Part shown: positions 27,296 to 40,610 of the stretch, in pieces
Layout: each line of letters opens with the position of its first letter
Numbering within the stretch: the first letter of the stretch is position 1
NCBI GenBank assembly: GCA_964522855.1
Contig: CAZFXI010000003.1
Span: forward strand, 4,265-68,264
DNA: 64,000 bases
DNA from: an uncultured Sedimenticola sp.
GTDB lineage: Bacteria; Pseudomonadota; Gammaproteobacteria; Chromatiales; Chromatiaceae
Direction: 5' to 3'
Translations under genes and position numbers: made by a program
Notes under the pieces: generated by a model
Databases searched by the model: none
What the model was told of the DNA's origin: nothing
The model's input: the letters and a program-made list of their open reading frames with translations, nothing else

Positions 27296-28320
27296 TGTTA
27301 CGTCCTGTTCTTTTGGCCCTTGTTTTGGTGCAGCTTGTCTGGTCAGGCAGCTCGATGCTGGCGGCAGAGTCAGAAGATCCTCTGGTGTTTGATGATGTTC
27401 CGCTCAAGGACATGATTCAGCACCCGGATTGGTTCAAGGACAGTTTTCTGGATTTGCAGGATGATTTACAGGAGGCCCTAGCTGACGGCAAGCGCGGCAT
27501 CATCGCGTATTTCGGGCAGAAACGCTGCCCTTACTGCCGCCAACTCATGGAGGTCAATTTCAAGCAGCCGGACATCGTCCAATATACGCGTGAAAATTTT
27601 GATGTCATCGCCATCGACATCTGGAGTCCGGAGGAGGTCACCGACCCTGCGGGCAATACCATGAGCCAGCGGGATTATGCGCTGAAAATGCGCACCAATT
27701 TCACCCCGTCTCTGGTGTTTTATGACAAGGACGGCAATATCGCCCTGCGACTGCGCGGCTATTATCCGCCCTATCAGTTCCGGGCGGCTCTGGAGTATGT
27801 GGCTGGCGAGCATTACAAGCGGGAGCGCTTCAACGTCTATCTGGCGCGGGGAGACAGTACCCTGAGGTTCGAGGCCGACGATATGGTGGAGGAAGATTTC
27901 TTCCTGCCGCCACCCTATAATCTCGATCGCAGCCACTTCCCGGGCGAGCGGCCCCTGGCCGTGTTCTTCGAGCAGGGCAACTGCCATGCCTGTGACATTC
28001 TGCACACGCAGCTGTTGCGTCAACCCGCCATTCAGGAACTGTTCGGGTCGTTTGAAAGCGTGCAGCTCAACATGCGTTCTGCAGATCCGGTGATTGCACC
28101 GGATGGCAGAAGGATCAGTGCCAGGGAATGGGCCAATTCACTGGGTGTGTTTTATGCCCCGACCCTGATTTTCTTCGACGAGAGCGGGCGGGAAATCATC
28201 CGCGTGGATTCCGTGGTGCATTTCTTCCGCCTGCGCAATGTGCTCAACTATGTGCTGACCAAGGGTTATCTGTCGCACCCCAGCTTCCAGTTGTGGCGCT
28301 CTGCTGACCAGAATCGCTGA
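27292..28320 (+). CDS. exported tandem thioredoxin-fold protein, SoxW-like
   Basis: Signal peptide; domain 1 FGQKRCPYC ... FTPSLVF, domain 2 FEQGNCHAC ... YAPTLIF; start overlaps the cysQ stop. Confidence 0.8.
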   Translation: MMLRPVLLALVLVQLVWSGSSMLAAESEDPLVFDDVPLKDMIQHPDWFKDSFLDLQDDLQEALADGKRGIIAYFGQKRCPYCRQLMEVNFKQPDIVQYTRENFDVIAIDIWSPEEVTDPAGNTMSQRDYALKMRTNFTPSLVFYDKDGNIALRLRGYYPPYQFRAALEYVAGEHYKRERFNVYLARGDSTLRFEADDMVEEDFFLPPPYNLDRSHFPGERPLAVFFEQGNCHACDILHTQLLRQPAIQELFGSFESVQLNMRSADPVIAPDGRRISAREWANSLGVFYAPTLIFFDESGREIIRVDSVVHFFRLRNVLNYVLTKGYLSHPSFQLWRSADQNR

Positions 28321-28333
28321 TCAGCAGCTATCC

Positions 28334-28765
28334 TCAGGGGCAGAAGGTTCGCAGATAGTCTGCATAGGTGTCACGTTTGCGCCGTAGCTCATTGCCTTTG
28401 GAGGCCTTGTAGCCCCGGCGCAATTTGGCACTCACTGCTTCTAGTTGTTGGCGCTTTTTCCAGCAGCTTCGGTCATCGGCTTTTTCGGGTTTTGATCTGC
28501 TTCGGGCGATCTGGCGTTTGTGTTTCAGCCTGGCCCTGTCGCGCTTGCGGTACTGGTCGTACAGTGACTGTTCTCCGGAACGCAGGCTTGCCCAGACGGC
28601 TTGGGCCTCGCCAGTCTCCACGCGTGTTCCTCCTTCAGCACAGGCCTGTTGCTGGAAGCTGATGCGGCCATCGGGCTGGGGGCAGCGATAGACCTGTGCC
28701 GCATGGCAGCTGCCTGCCAGCAGAAGGAAAAGGAAACCGGAAAAACAGAAGTTGTTGCATGACAT
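28334..28765 (-). CDS. exported DUF4124-like protein
   Basis: Signal peptide followed by VYRCPQPDGRISFQQQAC, and a basic coiled C-terminus ending in Cys. Confidence 0.7.
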   Translation of the reverse strand: MSCNNFCFSGFLFLLLAGSCHAAQVYRCPQPDGRISFQQQACAEGGTRVETGEAQAVWASLRSGEQSLYDQYRKRDRARLKHKRQIARSRSKPEKADDRSCWKKRQQLEAVSAKLRRGYKASKGNELRRKRDTYADYLRTFCP

Positions 28766-28842
28766 GGCTCTCTCCCTGAGCAGTGGTTGAAATGCACGTC
28801 AATCCCTGACGTGCGTCCATCTTACGCTGAAAGCGGCTCTTG

Positions 28843-30042
28843 TTACAAATTCAGCTTGTCTGCCACGAAGTCCGCATCCTTGTCGCCCCGCCCGGACAGA
28901 TTCACCAGGATGCTCTGCTCCGGCGACATTTCCTGCGCCAGCTTGCAGGCGTAGGCGATGGCGTGGGCGCTTTCCAGGGCGGGGATGATGCCTTCGGTGC
29001 GGGACAGGTTGATAAAGGCATCCAGGCATTCCTGATCGTCGGCAGTGACATATTCCACCCGCTCCAGGTCCTTCAGATAGCAGTGCTGGGGGCCGACGCC
29101 GGGATAGTCCAGCCCGGAAGCGATGGAATACACGGCCAGGGGGTTGCCTTGCTCGTCCTGCAGGTTGTAGCACTTGAAGCCGTGGATAGCGCCCTTGCTG
29201 CCCTTGGTCAGCGTGGCGGCATGATCCGGCGTGTCCAGACCTTTTCCTGCGGGTTCTACGCCAATGATGCGCACGTCTTCATCTGGCAGGAATTCGGTAA
29301 ACAGGCCGATGGCGTTGGAGCCGCCGCCCACACAGGCCATGATGACGTCTGGCAGCTTGCCCTGCTTCTCCAGGAACTGGGCGCGTGCTTCCTTGCCCAC
29401 GATGCTCTGGAAGTCCCGTACCATTTTCGGGAATGGATGGGGCCCCACCACCGAGCCGATGGCGTAGAAGAAGTTCTGTGGATCTTTGAGGTATTCCTCG
29501 AAAGCGCTGTCCACGGCGTCTTTCAGCGTACGGGTGCCGCGGGAAACCGGCACCAGTTCGCAGCCGAGGATTTTCATCTTGGTGACGTTGGGATGCTCCT
29601 TCTCGATATCGATCTCACCCATGTGAATTTCACATTCGATGCCTACCAGGGAACAGGCGGTGGCCAGTGCCACCCCGTGTTGTCCCGCGCCGGTCTCCGC
29701 CAGTACCTTGGTCTTGCCCATGAATTTGGCCAGCAGGGCTTCACCCAGGCAATGATTGATCTTGTGGGCGCCGGTGTGGTTCAGGTCTTCGCGCTTGAGG
29801 AAGATCTGCGCCCCGCCCTGCTGCTCGGAAAGGCGTCGGGCGTGGAAGATGGGGCTGGGACGGCCAACATAGTCGGTGTACAGACTGGCCAGCTCTTCCT
29901 GGAATTCCCCGGTCTGGCGGACTTCCTCGTATGCACGGTCAATATCGTCCATGATGGCCTTGAGCTCGGGAGGAATGATCTGTCCTCCGTATTCACCAAA
30001 GAAACCCTCTTCATCCGGCATGGCGTCATAGTCGATTTTCAC
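28843..30042 (-). CDS. trpB: tryptophan synthase beta subunit (stand-alone copy)
   Basis: [22 protein letters not shown] (PLP Lys), [44 protein letters not shown]; GTG start with GGAGG SD. Confidence 0.95.
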   Translation of the reverse strand: MKIDYDAMPDEEGFFGEYGGQIIPPELKAIMDDIDRAYEEVRQTGEFQEELASLYTDYVGRPSPIFHARRLSEQQGGAQIFLKREDLNHTGAHKINHCLGEALLAKFMGKTKVLAETGAGQHGVALATACSLVGIECEIHMGEIDIEKEHPNVTKMKILGCELVPVSRGTRTLKDAVDSAFEEYLKDPQNFFYAIGSVVGPHPFPKMVRDFQSIVGKEARAQFLEKQGKLPDVIMACVGGGSNAIGLFTEFLPDEDVRIIGVEPAGKGLDTPDHAATLTKGSKGAIHGFKCYNLQDEQGNPLAVYSIASGLDYPGVGPQHCYLKDLERVEYVTADDQECLDAFINLSRTEGIIPALESAHAIAYACKLAQEMSPEQSILVNLSGRGDKDADFVADKLNL

Positions 30043-30184
30043 TGAATGTTCCTCCCATAGAATTTACAGGCGTTGACCGAGAAAACAGGCAGTTTAGCAA
30101 TAAAAGCAAGTTGTCAGTAGCGGTTCATGGGCAAAGTCAATCAGGTATAATCAGATTTTTCCCCGCCCCATCGAAGTAATTGCC

Positions 30185-33921
<3,737 letters not shown>

Positions 33922-33922
<1 letters not shown>

Positions 33923-34410
33923 TGGTAGAGCAGGATCCGGTAATACTTCAGCAGCAGGCGCGGGAATTTCGTGACAGCTTCCAGAGTGTCCTGATAGCAA
34001 CAGCTTCACCCGAAGGTGATCCGGACATCAGCTACGCGCCTTTCGTGCTAGATGAAACCGGGGCCATCTGCGTCTATGTCAGCCAGTTGGCGCGGCACAC
34101 ACAGAATCTGTTGGAGCGTCCTACGGTCAGCCTGATGTTTATCGCCGGGGAGCAGGACAGCCGCAACCTGTTCGCCCGCCAGCGTTTGATCCTCCAGTGC
34201 AGCGCGGAGCCGGTGACAGGAGCAGAAGCCGAACCGGTTTTGCAGCAGATGCAGAAGCAGCTGGGCAAGACAGTGGAGTTGCTTCGCTCCCTGCCGGATT
34301 TCCTCCTGTTTCGCTTCGACGTCGAAACCGGCAGTTACATCAGAGGCTTCGGGCAGGCATGGGCCCTCAAAGGAAATGACCTGCGGATCCTGGAATTGCG
34401 GAAAAGCTAG
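33922..34410 (+). CDS. HugZ/HutZ-like pyridoxamine 5'-phosphate oxidase-fold (split barrel) protein
   Basis: SYAPF, YVSQLARHTQNL, SLMFIAGE, FARQRL, LPDFLLF, GSYIRGFGQA; ATG overlaps the metH stop (TGATG). Confidence 0.8.
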
Positions 34411-34682
34411 TCTGGCAAGACCAAGCCGGCTATTTTGGCCTCTGCCAGAATGGCATCCAGTGTGTGCCGCAGTTCCTCGGGGGTTTTTCGGGGCAGGTTG
34501 CGTGCAAAATCCCGAATAAGCTTGGAAAGCTCGGTGTTTCCCAGCACGCGGGCCACCAATGGATGGAGCTTCAAGCAAGTTGTATCCAGTTCCAATGCTG
34601 CCACGATGCCGGGAGATTCCAGATAGCTTCTGGCTTGGAGAACGAAGCGGTCGAACGCCGCCTGGGGATCATCATGCTGCAT
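34407..34682 (-). CDS. hypothetical protein (about 91 aa)
   Basis: GGAG SD and ATG at 34682 inside the longer ORF 34407..35084; helical composition; no family recognised. Confidence 0.5.
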   Translation of the reverse strand: MQHDDPQAAFDRFVLQARSYLESPGIVAALELDTTCLKLHPLVARVLGNTELSKLIRDFARNLPRKTPEELRHTLDAILAEAKIAGLVLPD

Positions 34683-34808
34683 GGCTTTCTCCTGTGGTTG
34701 CTTGGAATTGCGGTATATTATGCAAATCGCTCGGCATCGCCAAGTATGGAAAATGGTATGGTTTGAGAGGCCGTTGAGCCAATCTGCAAACGGGAGAAAG
34801 ATACAAGC

Positions 34809-35153
34809 ATGGTCAAGGAACGAAAGCCTCCTACGGATCAGTCCATCATCAAGGACGCCGCCCTGCTGCAATTGCAGAAAAGCAACGCCCTGGAACAGCA
34901 GCTCAAGGCGATTCGCAGGAACACCGAGGAAACGGAAATCCGCCTGCTGGAACTGCAGAAGGAGCTGAAGAAGACCCGGCGCAGCATCCGCATCTTCTGG
35001 CTGGCGGAACTGCTGGGGCCGGTCCTGGCCATTGCGCTGATTCTCGGTGGCGCCTGGTATGCGCTGAGTTACGCAGAAGATCATTACCTGGGTGGCGAGT
35101 CCATCATCGACAAGTTCCTGTTGAGTGGAGAAAAAAGCAAGCCATCCACATGA
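34809..35153 (+). CDS. hypothetical coiled-coil plus single-TM protein
   Basis: Heptad-rich segment followed by a hydrophobic helix; stop overlaps the tmcA start (ATGA). Confidence 0.65.
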   Translation: MVKERKPPTDQSIIKDAALLQLQKSNALEQQLKAIRRNTEETEIRLLELQKELKKTRRSIRIFWLAELLGPVLAIALILGGAWYALSYAEDHYLGGESIIDKFLLSGEKSKPST

Positions 35154-37159
35154 AGAGCCCTCATTTTCGCCAGCAGTGGCGGGATTTCCAGATTGTCAGT
35201 GGGACCCCGGAAAGCGCCCACCAGCATGCTATTGCGCTTTTAGCTGGCAAGGGGGCGTTGTGGGTCGGCAAAAACGCTCCTGCCGGTTTTGCTGTTCATC
35301 CCGCTGACAAACTGTCAGGGTTGTTGGGCCAGGACGTGGTACACCTGGTTTTTGACGCCCTCGACAGCTTTGATGCAGACGCCTTCGCGGTTGCTGCCGG
35401 ACTGGTGAAGGGTGGGGGTTTGTTCCTGTTGCTCACGCCACCGCTGGCTGAGTGGGGCGGCACGCCAGACGTTTCCGAAAGCGCGGACTTATCGATTTTT
35501 AACCGACGTTTTGCTCGTTATTGTGGCAAATACCGGCAATATGATGTTTTGCCAGGACAGCCCAAAGCTTCGTCTGCAGGGGATTTCATCACCAGCGGGC
35601 AGCGTGATGTGATCGCCGCACTGAAACAGGTGGCTCATGGGCATCGAAAACGTCCTCTGGTGGTTACTGCCGATCGGGGCAGGGGTAAATCAGCGGCATT
35701 TGGCATGGGGGCTGCGCAACTTCTCACCGAAGGCACCCAATACATCCTGGTGACGGCGCCCCGGCTGAATGCCACCCTTGCCTTGTTCGAGCACGCCGGA
35801 CGGGTGTTGCCCGATGCCTCGCAGCAGCGCGGTTTGCTCACGTATGGCGGTGCCCGGCTGCAATTCATCGCGCCTGACGAGCTGTTGCAGCAATTGCCGG
35901 AGGCCGATCTGCTGCTGGTGGACGAAGCAGCAGGGATTCCGGTGCCCTTGCTGGAGAAATTGTTGCAACACTACAAGCGCATCGCCTTCGCCACCACGGT
36001 ACACGGTTATGAAGGCAGTGGCAGGGGCTTCAGCCTGCGCTTTGGCAAGGTGTTGGATCGTATTCGCCCGCAGTGGAAACGATTCATCATGCAGGAACCG
36101 GTGCGCTGGGCGGCTGACGACCCTCTGGAGCAATTTGTATTTCAGACCCTGTTGCTGGACGCGGAGCCTGTGGCCATTTCCGATGAGATGCCTGTGGCTC
36201 TGGATAAGCTGATTGTCGCGCCATTGCCCAAGGATGAGCTGATGCACGATGAAGCTCTGCTGCGCCATGTGTTTGGTCTGCTGGTCAGTGCCCATTACCG
36301 CACCACACCGACGGACCTGCAACATCTGCTGGATGCGCCGAATCTCAGGGTGTGGGTGGGGTGGCTGGATGAACTGCCGGTGGCTGCCATGTTGGTGGCG
36401 ACGGAAGGTCCTCTGCCATCGGAGCTGCACGAGCAGATCATGCAGGGCAAGCGCCGCCCGGCGGGTCAGCTGCTACCGCTGGCCGTGGCCAGCCAGTGTG
36501 GACAGCCTGAAGTCTTGAGCCTGAGCTGTGAAAGAGTGGTACGCATTGCCGTGCATCCGGTGATGCAACATCGGGGGATAGGCAGCCGTATGCTGGAAAC
36601 CCTGCTGGGCGGCGCGCCTGAACGCGGCGTCGATTTGGTGGGCAGCAGTTTTGGCGCCGCGCCCGAGCTGGTGGATTTCTGGCGGAAAAATCACTTTCAA
36701 CCGGTACGCCTGGGGTATCGGCGTGAGGCCAGTAGTGGCGCCCATTCCGTGCTGATGCTGCATGGGGTGGCTCCTGCGGCAAAAGCCACTCAGGAGCAGG
36801 CAGGCAGGCAGTTTGTGGCGCAATTTCCCCTGCAACTGGCGGAAGTGTTTTCTGGGCTGGAGCCTGCTCTGGTGCGGGCGCTGCTCAAGGGTGATACAAA
36901 TCGTCGGTTGTCAGCAGCAGATCGTCAGTCGCTTCAGGCCTTCGCTCATGGTGGCCGACAGTATCTGGATTGCCTGCTTTCCCTGCACAACCTGGCGCTG
37001 GTGCATCTTGCCAGCGGCGAACCGGACACTGACATCTTCGTGCTCAAGCTGTTGCAAGGGCGTAACTGGCAGGAAACTGCGGCGGCACTTGGTCTTTCCG
37101 GGAAGAAGGCCGTGCTTGAAGCGCTGCGCCAGCGGATTAAAACAATTTTGCCTATTTGA
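35150..37159 (+). CDS. tmcA: tRNA(Met) cytidine acetyltransferase
   Basis: [60 protein letters not shown] motifs. Confidence 0.92.
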   Translation: MKSPHFRQQWRDFQIVSGTPESAHQHAIALLAGKGALWVGKNAPAGFAVHPADKLSGLLGQDVVHLVFDALDSFDADAFAVAAGLVKGGGLFLLLTPPLAEWGGTPDVSESADLSIFNRRFARYCGKYRQYDVLPGQPKASSAGDFITSGQRDVIAALKQVAHGHRKRPLVVTADRGRGKSAAFGMGAAQLLTEGTQYILVTAPRLNATLALFEHAGRVLPDASQQRGLLTYGGARLQFIAPDELLQQLPEADLLLVDEAAGIPVPLLEKLLQHYKRIAFATTVHGYEGSGRGFSLRFGKVLDRIRPQWKRFIMQEPVRWAADDPLEQFVFQTLLLDAEPVAISDEMPVALDKLIVAPLPKDELMHDEALLRHVFGLLVSAHYRTTPTDLQHLLDAPNLRVWVGWLDELPVAAMLVATEGPLPSELHEQIMQGKRRPAGQLLPLAVASQCGQPEVLSLSCERVVRIAVHPVMQHRGIGSRMLETLLGGAPERGVDLVGSSFGAAPELVDFWRKNHFQPVRLGYRREASSGAHSVLMLHGVAPAAKATQEQAGRQFVAQFPLQLAEVFSGLEPALVRALLKGDTNRRLSAADRQSLQAFAHGGRQYLDCLLSLHNLALVHLASGEPDTDIFVLKLLQGRNWQETAAALGLSGKKAVLEALRQRIKTILPI

Positions 37160-37169
37160 TCTTTCTCAA
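37156..37169 (+). promoter_or_regulatory. FNR/Anr-like box upstream of hemerythrin
   Basis: TTGAT-CTTT-CTCAA, one mismatch to TTGAT-N4-ATCAA, centred about 60 nt before the start codon. Confidence 0.5.
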
Positions 37170-37222
37170 CGAGAAAAACATTGTGTTCCGTTGTAATCAT
37201 GTCTTTGGAGTGAGAGAGAACA

Positions 37223-37660
37223 ATGATGTCAGATCAACATCCTGTATTACCGCCAGACGATATCCCTGCTATTGCCGTGGCTTCCATGAATGATACCCAT
37301 CATGAAGAGGTCGCCCTGGTCAACGCCTTGGGTCTGTTGTTGAAACAGGCCCGGGAAGGCAATGTGGACGAAGCGGCCATCACTGCCGCCCTCGATGAAT
37401 GGATTGCCCATACGGAAGCGCATTTTGCCCGGGAAAATGGCTTGATGCAGGAATACGGCTTTCCTCCTTACGCGGTGCATGCGCAGGAGCATGAATCCGC
37501 GCTGGAAGGTCTGCACAAGATCCAGCAGCAATGGAAAGGCAGCCACGCGGTTGAGGAGCTGGCAAGCTTCGTCTTCGACAGCTGGCCACAATGGTTCCAG
37601 ATGCATGTGAACAGCATGGACAATGTGACCGCACAGTTCCTGTCCAACTTTGTAGAGTAA
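37223..37660 (+). CDS. single-domain bacteriohemerythrin
   Basis: H, HFxxE, HxxEH and HxxxxD di-iron ligand pattern (THHEE, AHFARENGLM, HAQEH, WFQMHVNSMD). Confidence 0.9.
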   Translation: MMSDQHPVLPPDDIPAIAVASMNDTHHEEVALVNALGLLLKQAREGNVDEAAITAALDEWIAHTEAHFARENGLMQEYGFPPYAVHAQEHESALEGLHKIQQQWKGSHAVEELASFVFDSWPQWFQMHVNSMDNVTAQFLSNFVE

Positions 37661-37669
37661 CCAGCGCAT

Positions 37670-38497
37670 ATGCCCGAAGGGCCGGAAATCCGTCGCGCCA
37701 GGGATGAGATCGCCAGGGCGGTCGAAGGTCGCGCAGCATCTGAAGTGGCATTTTATCAGCCATCCATGAGGCAATGGAACGGGCGTTTCGATGGTGAGAA
37801 AGTCATCGCCGTGCAAAGCCGGGGCAAGGCCATGCTCAGCCATTTTTCCAATGGCTTCAGCATCTATACCCACAATCAGCTGTATGGCCGCTGGGTCATT
37901 GTCGCCGTGGGTGAAACGCCGGACAGCCGGCGCCAGCTGCGCCTGGCCATACACGTCGCCCAGGCTTCCGCGTTACTGTACAGTGCATCCGATATTTCCG
38001 TGTGGCCGACAGATGATCTGTCGCAGCATCCCTTTCTGAGAAAGCTGGGACCGGACGTGCTGGACCCGAGCACGGATGGGGAGATGATTCGTTCGAGGCT
38101 GTTGTCGGCTGCGTATCGAAAACGCCAGTTGGGTGGCTTCCTCACCGATCAGTCTTTCGTGGCCGGTCTGGGCAATTACCTGCGTTGTGAAATACTGTTT
38201 GCGGCCGGCCTGCATCCACAAAAGCGACCCTGTGATCTGAACGGAGACCAGATCGGGACGCTGGCTGCGTTGATTTTTGCCCTGCCTAGGCAATCTTACG
38301 AAACCGCTGGCATTACCAACGACTTGCCTGAGGCGAGGAAACTGATGGCATCAGGAGCGAGTTTCGAACGGGCACGCTTTCAGGTATTCCGTCGCAGGGG
38401 CGAGGCCTGCTACCGCTGTGGCACGCCCATCGTGGTGGAAAAACAGGGCGGACAGCTGTGCTACCGCTGTCCCGACTGCCAGCCTTCTGTGCGCTGA
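37670..38497 (+). CDS. nei: endonuclease VIII (Fpg/Nei family)
   Basis: N-terminal PEGPE, RGKAML, HNQLYG, AGLGNYLRCEILF, C-terminal C4 zinc finger. Confidence 0.93.
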   Translation: MPEGPEIRRARDEIARAVEGRAASEVAFYQPSMRQWNGRFDGEKVIAVQSRGKAMLSHFSNGFSIYTHNQLYGRWVIVAVGETPDSRRQLRLAIHVAQASALLYSASDISVWPTDDLSQHPFLRKLGPDVLDPSTDGEMIRSRLLSAAYRKRQLGGFLTDQSFVAGLGNYLRCEILFAAGLHPQKRPCDLNGDQIGTLAALIFALPRQSYETAGITNDLPEARKLMASGASFERARFQVFRRRGEACYRCGTPIVVEKQGGQLCYRCPDCQPSVR

Positions 38498-39172
38498 TCA
38501 GCGGGCGCCGAAGATCACCATGGTCTTGCCCTTGACGCTGATCAGTCCCTGGGCTTCGAGGTTCTTGAGAACCCGGCCCACCATCTCCCGCGAGCAGCCC
38601 ACGATACGACCGATTTCCTGGCGGGTGATGCGAATCTGCATGCCGTCGGGGTGGGTCATGGCGTCGGGTTGTTCACACAGATCCAGCAAGGTGCTGGCAA
38701 CCCGGCCGGTGACATCGAAAAAGGCCAGATGGCTGACTTTGCGGCTGGTCTGCAGCAGGCGCTCGGAAAGCTGCTTGCCCACAGCAAAGAAAAACTCCGT
38801 GGTGTGGTCCTTCAGTTCGTCCTTGAGTAGTGCCTCCAGCCGCTGGTAGCTGATCTCGGCAATTTCGCAGGGGGTGCGGGTGCGAATGATGACAGAACGG
38901 GTTGACTGGGGAACGAACATTCCCATTTCCCCGATGAATTCCCCCTTATTCGCATACGCGAGAATGATTTCCTTGCCATCATCATCTTCGAGCAACACAG
39001 TAAGTTGTCCGTCAAGGATATACAGCAGAGTGTCCGCAGGATCACCCGGCTTCATCAGTTCCTTGCGTACCGGATACTTGTGAATGTGGCAATGTGCGAG
39101 AAATGGCGCCAACCACTGTGGCGGTGGAGGAGGGGGATTTACGATGCTCATGTTCTGTGACCTTCTTATCAT
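38498..39172 (-). CDS. crp: cAMP receptor protein CRP/Vfr
   Basis: FIGEMG cNMP pocket, DVTGRVA, HPDGMQIRITRQEIGRIVGCSREMVGRVL HTH; start is 39172 or 39151. Confidence 0.95.
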   Translation of the reverse strand: MIRRSQNMSIVNPPPPPPQWLAPFLAHCHIHKYPVRKELMKPGDPADTLLYILDGQLTVLLEDDDGKEIILAYANKGEFIGEMGMFVPQSTRSVIIRTRTPCEIAEISYQRLEALLKDELKDHTTEFFFAVGKQLSERLLQTSRKVSHLAFFDVTGRVASTLLDLCEQPDAMTHPDGMQIRITRQEIGRIVGCSREMVGRVLKNLEAQGLISVKGKTMVIFGAR

Positions 39173-39291
39173 ATTGTGTCCGTCCTTTGTGGGGACATTC
39201 TGCCATGAGTATGCTAATACAGCAAAGCTGTAATTTGAAACGGCTTGTGTTAGCTTTCTTGGCCAAGTGAATTTGCGGGAGAAATCGATCG

Positions 39292-39711
39292 ATGAAAGCA
39301 CGGGTCAAATGGGTGGATGGTGCGTTGATGCTGGGCGAATCCAGCAGTGGCCATGTGGTGGTGATGGATGGGCCGGAAGATCACGGCGGGCGCAACCTGG
39401 GGGTGCGGCCCATGGAAATGTTACTGCTGGGAATGGGGGGCTGCACCGAGTTTGATGTCATTCATATCCTGAAGAAGAGTCGTCAGGATGTGCATTTCTG
39501 CGAAGTGGACATGGAAGCGGAACGGGCGGATAGCGAACCCAAGGTTTTCACCCGTATTCATGTGCATTTCAAGGTGGGCGGCAAGGGGCTGACGGAAAAG
39601 GTCGTGGAGCGGGCGGTGAAACTGAGCGCGGAAAAATACTGTTCCGCTTCGCTCATGCTGGGTAAAACTGCTGCCATCACCCACGATTATGAACTGGTAG
39701 AGCTGGACTGA
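39292..39711 (+). CDS. yhfA: OsmC-family protein YhfA
   Basis: RPMEMLLLGMGGC, SAEKYCSAS; divergent from crp as in other Gammaproteobacteria. Confidence 0.9.
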   Translation: MKARVKWVDGALMLGESSSGHVVVMDGPEDHGGRNLGVRPMEMLLLGMGGCTEFDVIHILKKSRQDVHFCEVDMEAERADSEPKVFTRIHVHFKVGGKGLTEKVVERAVKLSAEKYCSASLMLGKTAAITHDYELVELD

Positions 39712-40118
39712 TGCCACGTCCCGAGCTGAGTTACGGCATGCGCCATGTGGCATTGTATGTGCGTGACCTGCCTGCCTGTGAACGCTTTTATGTGGATCTG
39801 CTGGGCATGAAGGTGGAATGGCGACCAGACGAAAAAAATGTCTATCTGACCTCGGGCAGCGACAACCTGGCCCTGCACCAGGCGTCAGGCCAATTATGTG
39901 ACGAGGCCGGCCAGCGGCTGGATCATATCGGTTTTTTTCTGGCCGCAGAAGACCTGGTTGATGACTGGTTCCAGTGGCTGGGGGAGCATGCCGTGCGCAT
40001 GCGCACCGAACCGCGAACACACCGGGACGGTGCCCGCAGCTTCTACTGCTACGATCCGGGCGGAACCCAGGTGCAGATTATCTATCACCCGCCGATTCGG
40101 GCCTGGGAAGAACGTTGA
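39711..40118 (+). CDS. VOC/glyoxalase superfamily protein
   Basis: MRHVAL, FYVDLLGM, DNLALH, LDHIGF, HRDGARSFYCYDPGG. Confidence 0.85.
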   Translation: MPRPELSYGMRHVALYVRDLPACERFYVDLLGMKVEWRPDEKNVYLTSGSDNLALHQASGQLCDEAGQRLDHIGFFLAAEDLVDDWFQWLGEHAVRMRTEPRTHRDGARSFYCYDPGGTQVQIIYHPPIRAWEER

Positions 40119-40121
40119 TTT

Positions 40122-40610
40122 TCAGCGATCTTTGCTGAGCAGGATGCCCAGGCTCAGTATCAGAATCCCCAGAAGGAACACCAGTGTCCATCCCGGAATG
40201 CTGATGCCAAACAGGGACCAGACGATTTCACCGCAATCCCCGGTACCCTTGAAGACGTCCGCAATGACTTTCATCAGTGGATCGTTTTCGAGCATGAAAT
40301 CCAGCGTGCCGCCACAGCTCAATTCCTCATGGCTGCCGTACTGAAGCCATAGGTGACGCAATGCGATGCCGATACCGCTCAGGCTCGCCAGGATCAGGAG
40401 CAAGCTATAGATGCGCCGGCCGATGGCGCCGGGATTGTGTAGCAGGGCGGCTAGGAAAATCACACCGATCACCATCACGGAGATGCGCTGGAAAATACAC
40501 AGTGGGCAGGGTTCCAGCCCCAGATAGTGCTGAAAATACGCCAGCGCCGCTCCGATGGCGGCAACACAGGCCAGAAAGCCGATCAGAAACGGTGTACGTC
40601 CGCCGAACAT
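40122..40610 (-). CDS. dsbB: disulfide bond formation protein B
   Basis: LEPCPLCIFQR, second Cys pair in the periplasmic loop, four TMs; ATG 40610 (or TTG 40613). Confidence 0.93.
   Translation of the reverse strand: MFGGRTPFLIGFLACVAAIGAALAYFQHYLGLEPCPLCIFQRISVMVIGVIFLAALLHNPGAIGRRIYSLLLILASLSGIGIALRHLWLQYGSHEELSCGGTLDFMLENDPLMKVIADVFKGTGDCGEIVWSLFGISIPGWTLVFLLGILILSLGILLSKDR

Noticed and set aside
30043-30184. Possible cobalamin or SAM riboswitch, MetR site or trp attenuator between trpB and metH
   Set aside because: The region is short and AT-rich with only a TATAAT at 30146-30151; no riboswitch consensus or Trp-rich leader peptide was found.
39156-39171. TGTGA-N6-TATCA as a CRP autoregulatory site
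   Set aside because: The second half-site is a poor match to TCACA, and the sequence may lie inside the crp coding region.
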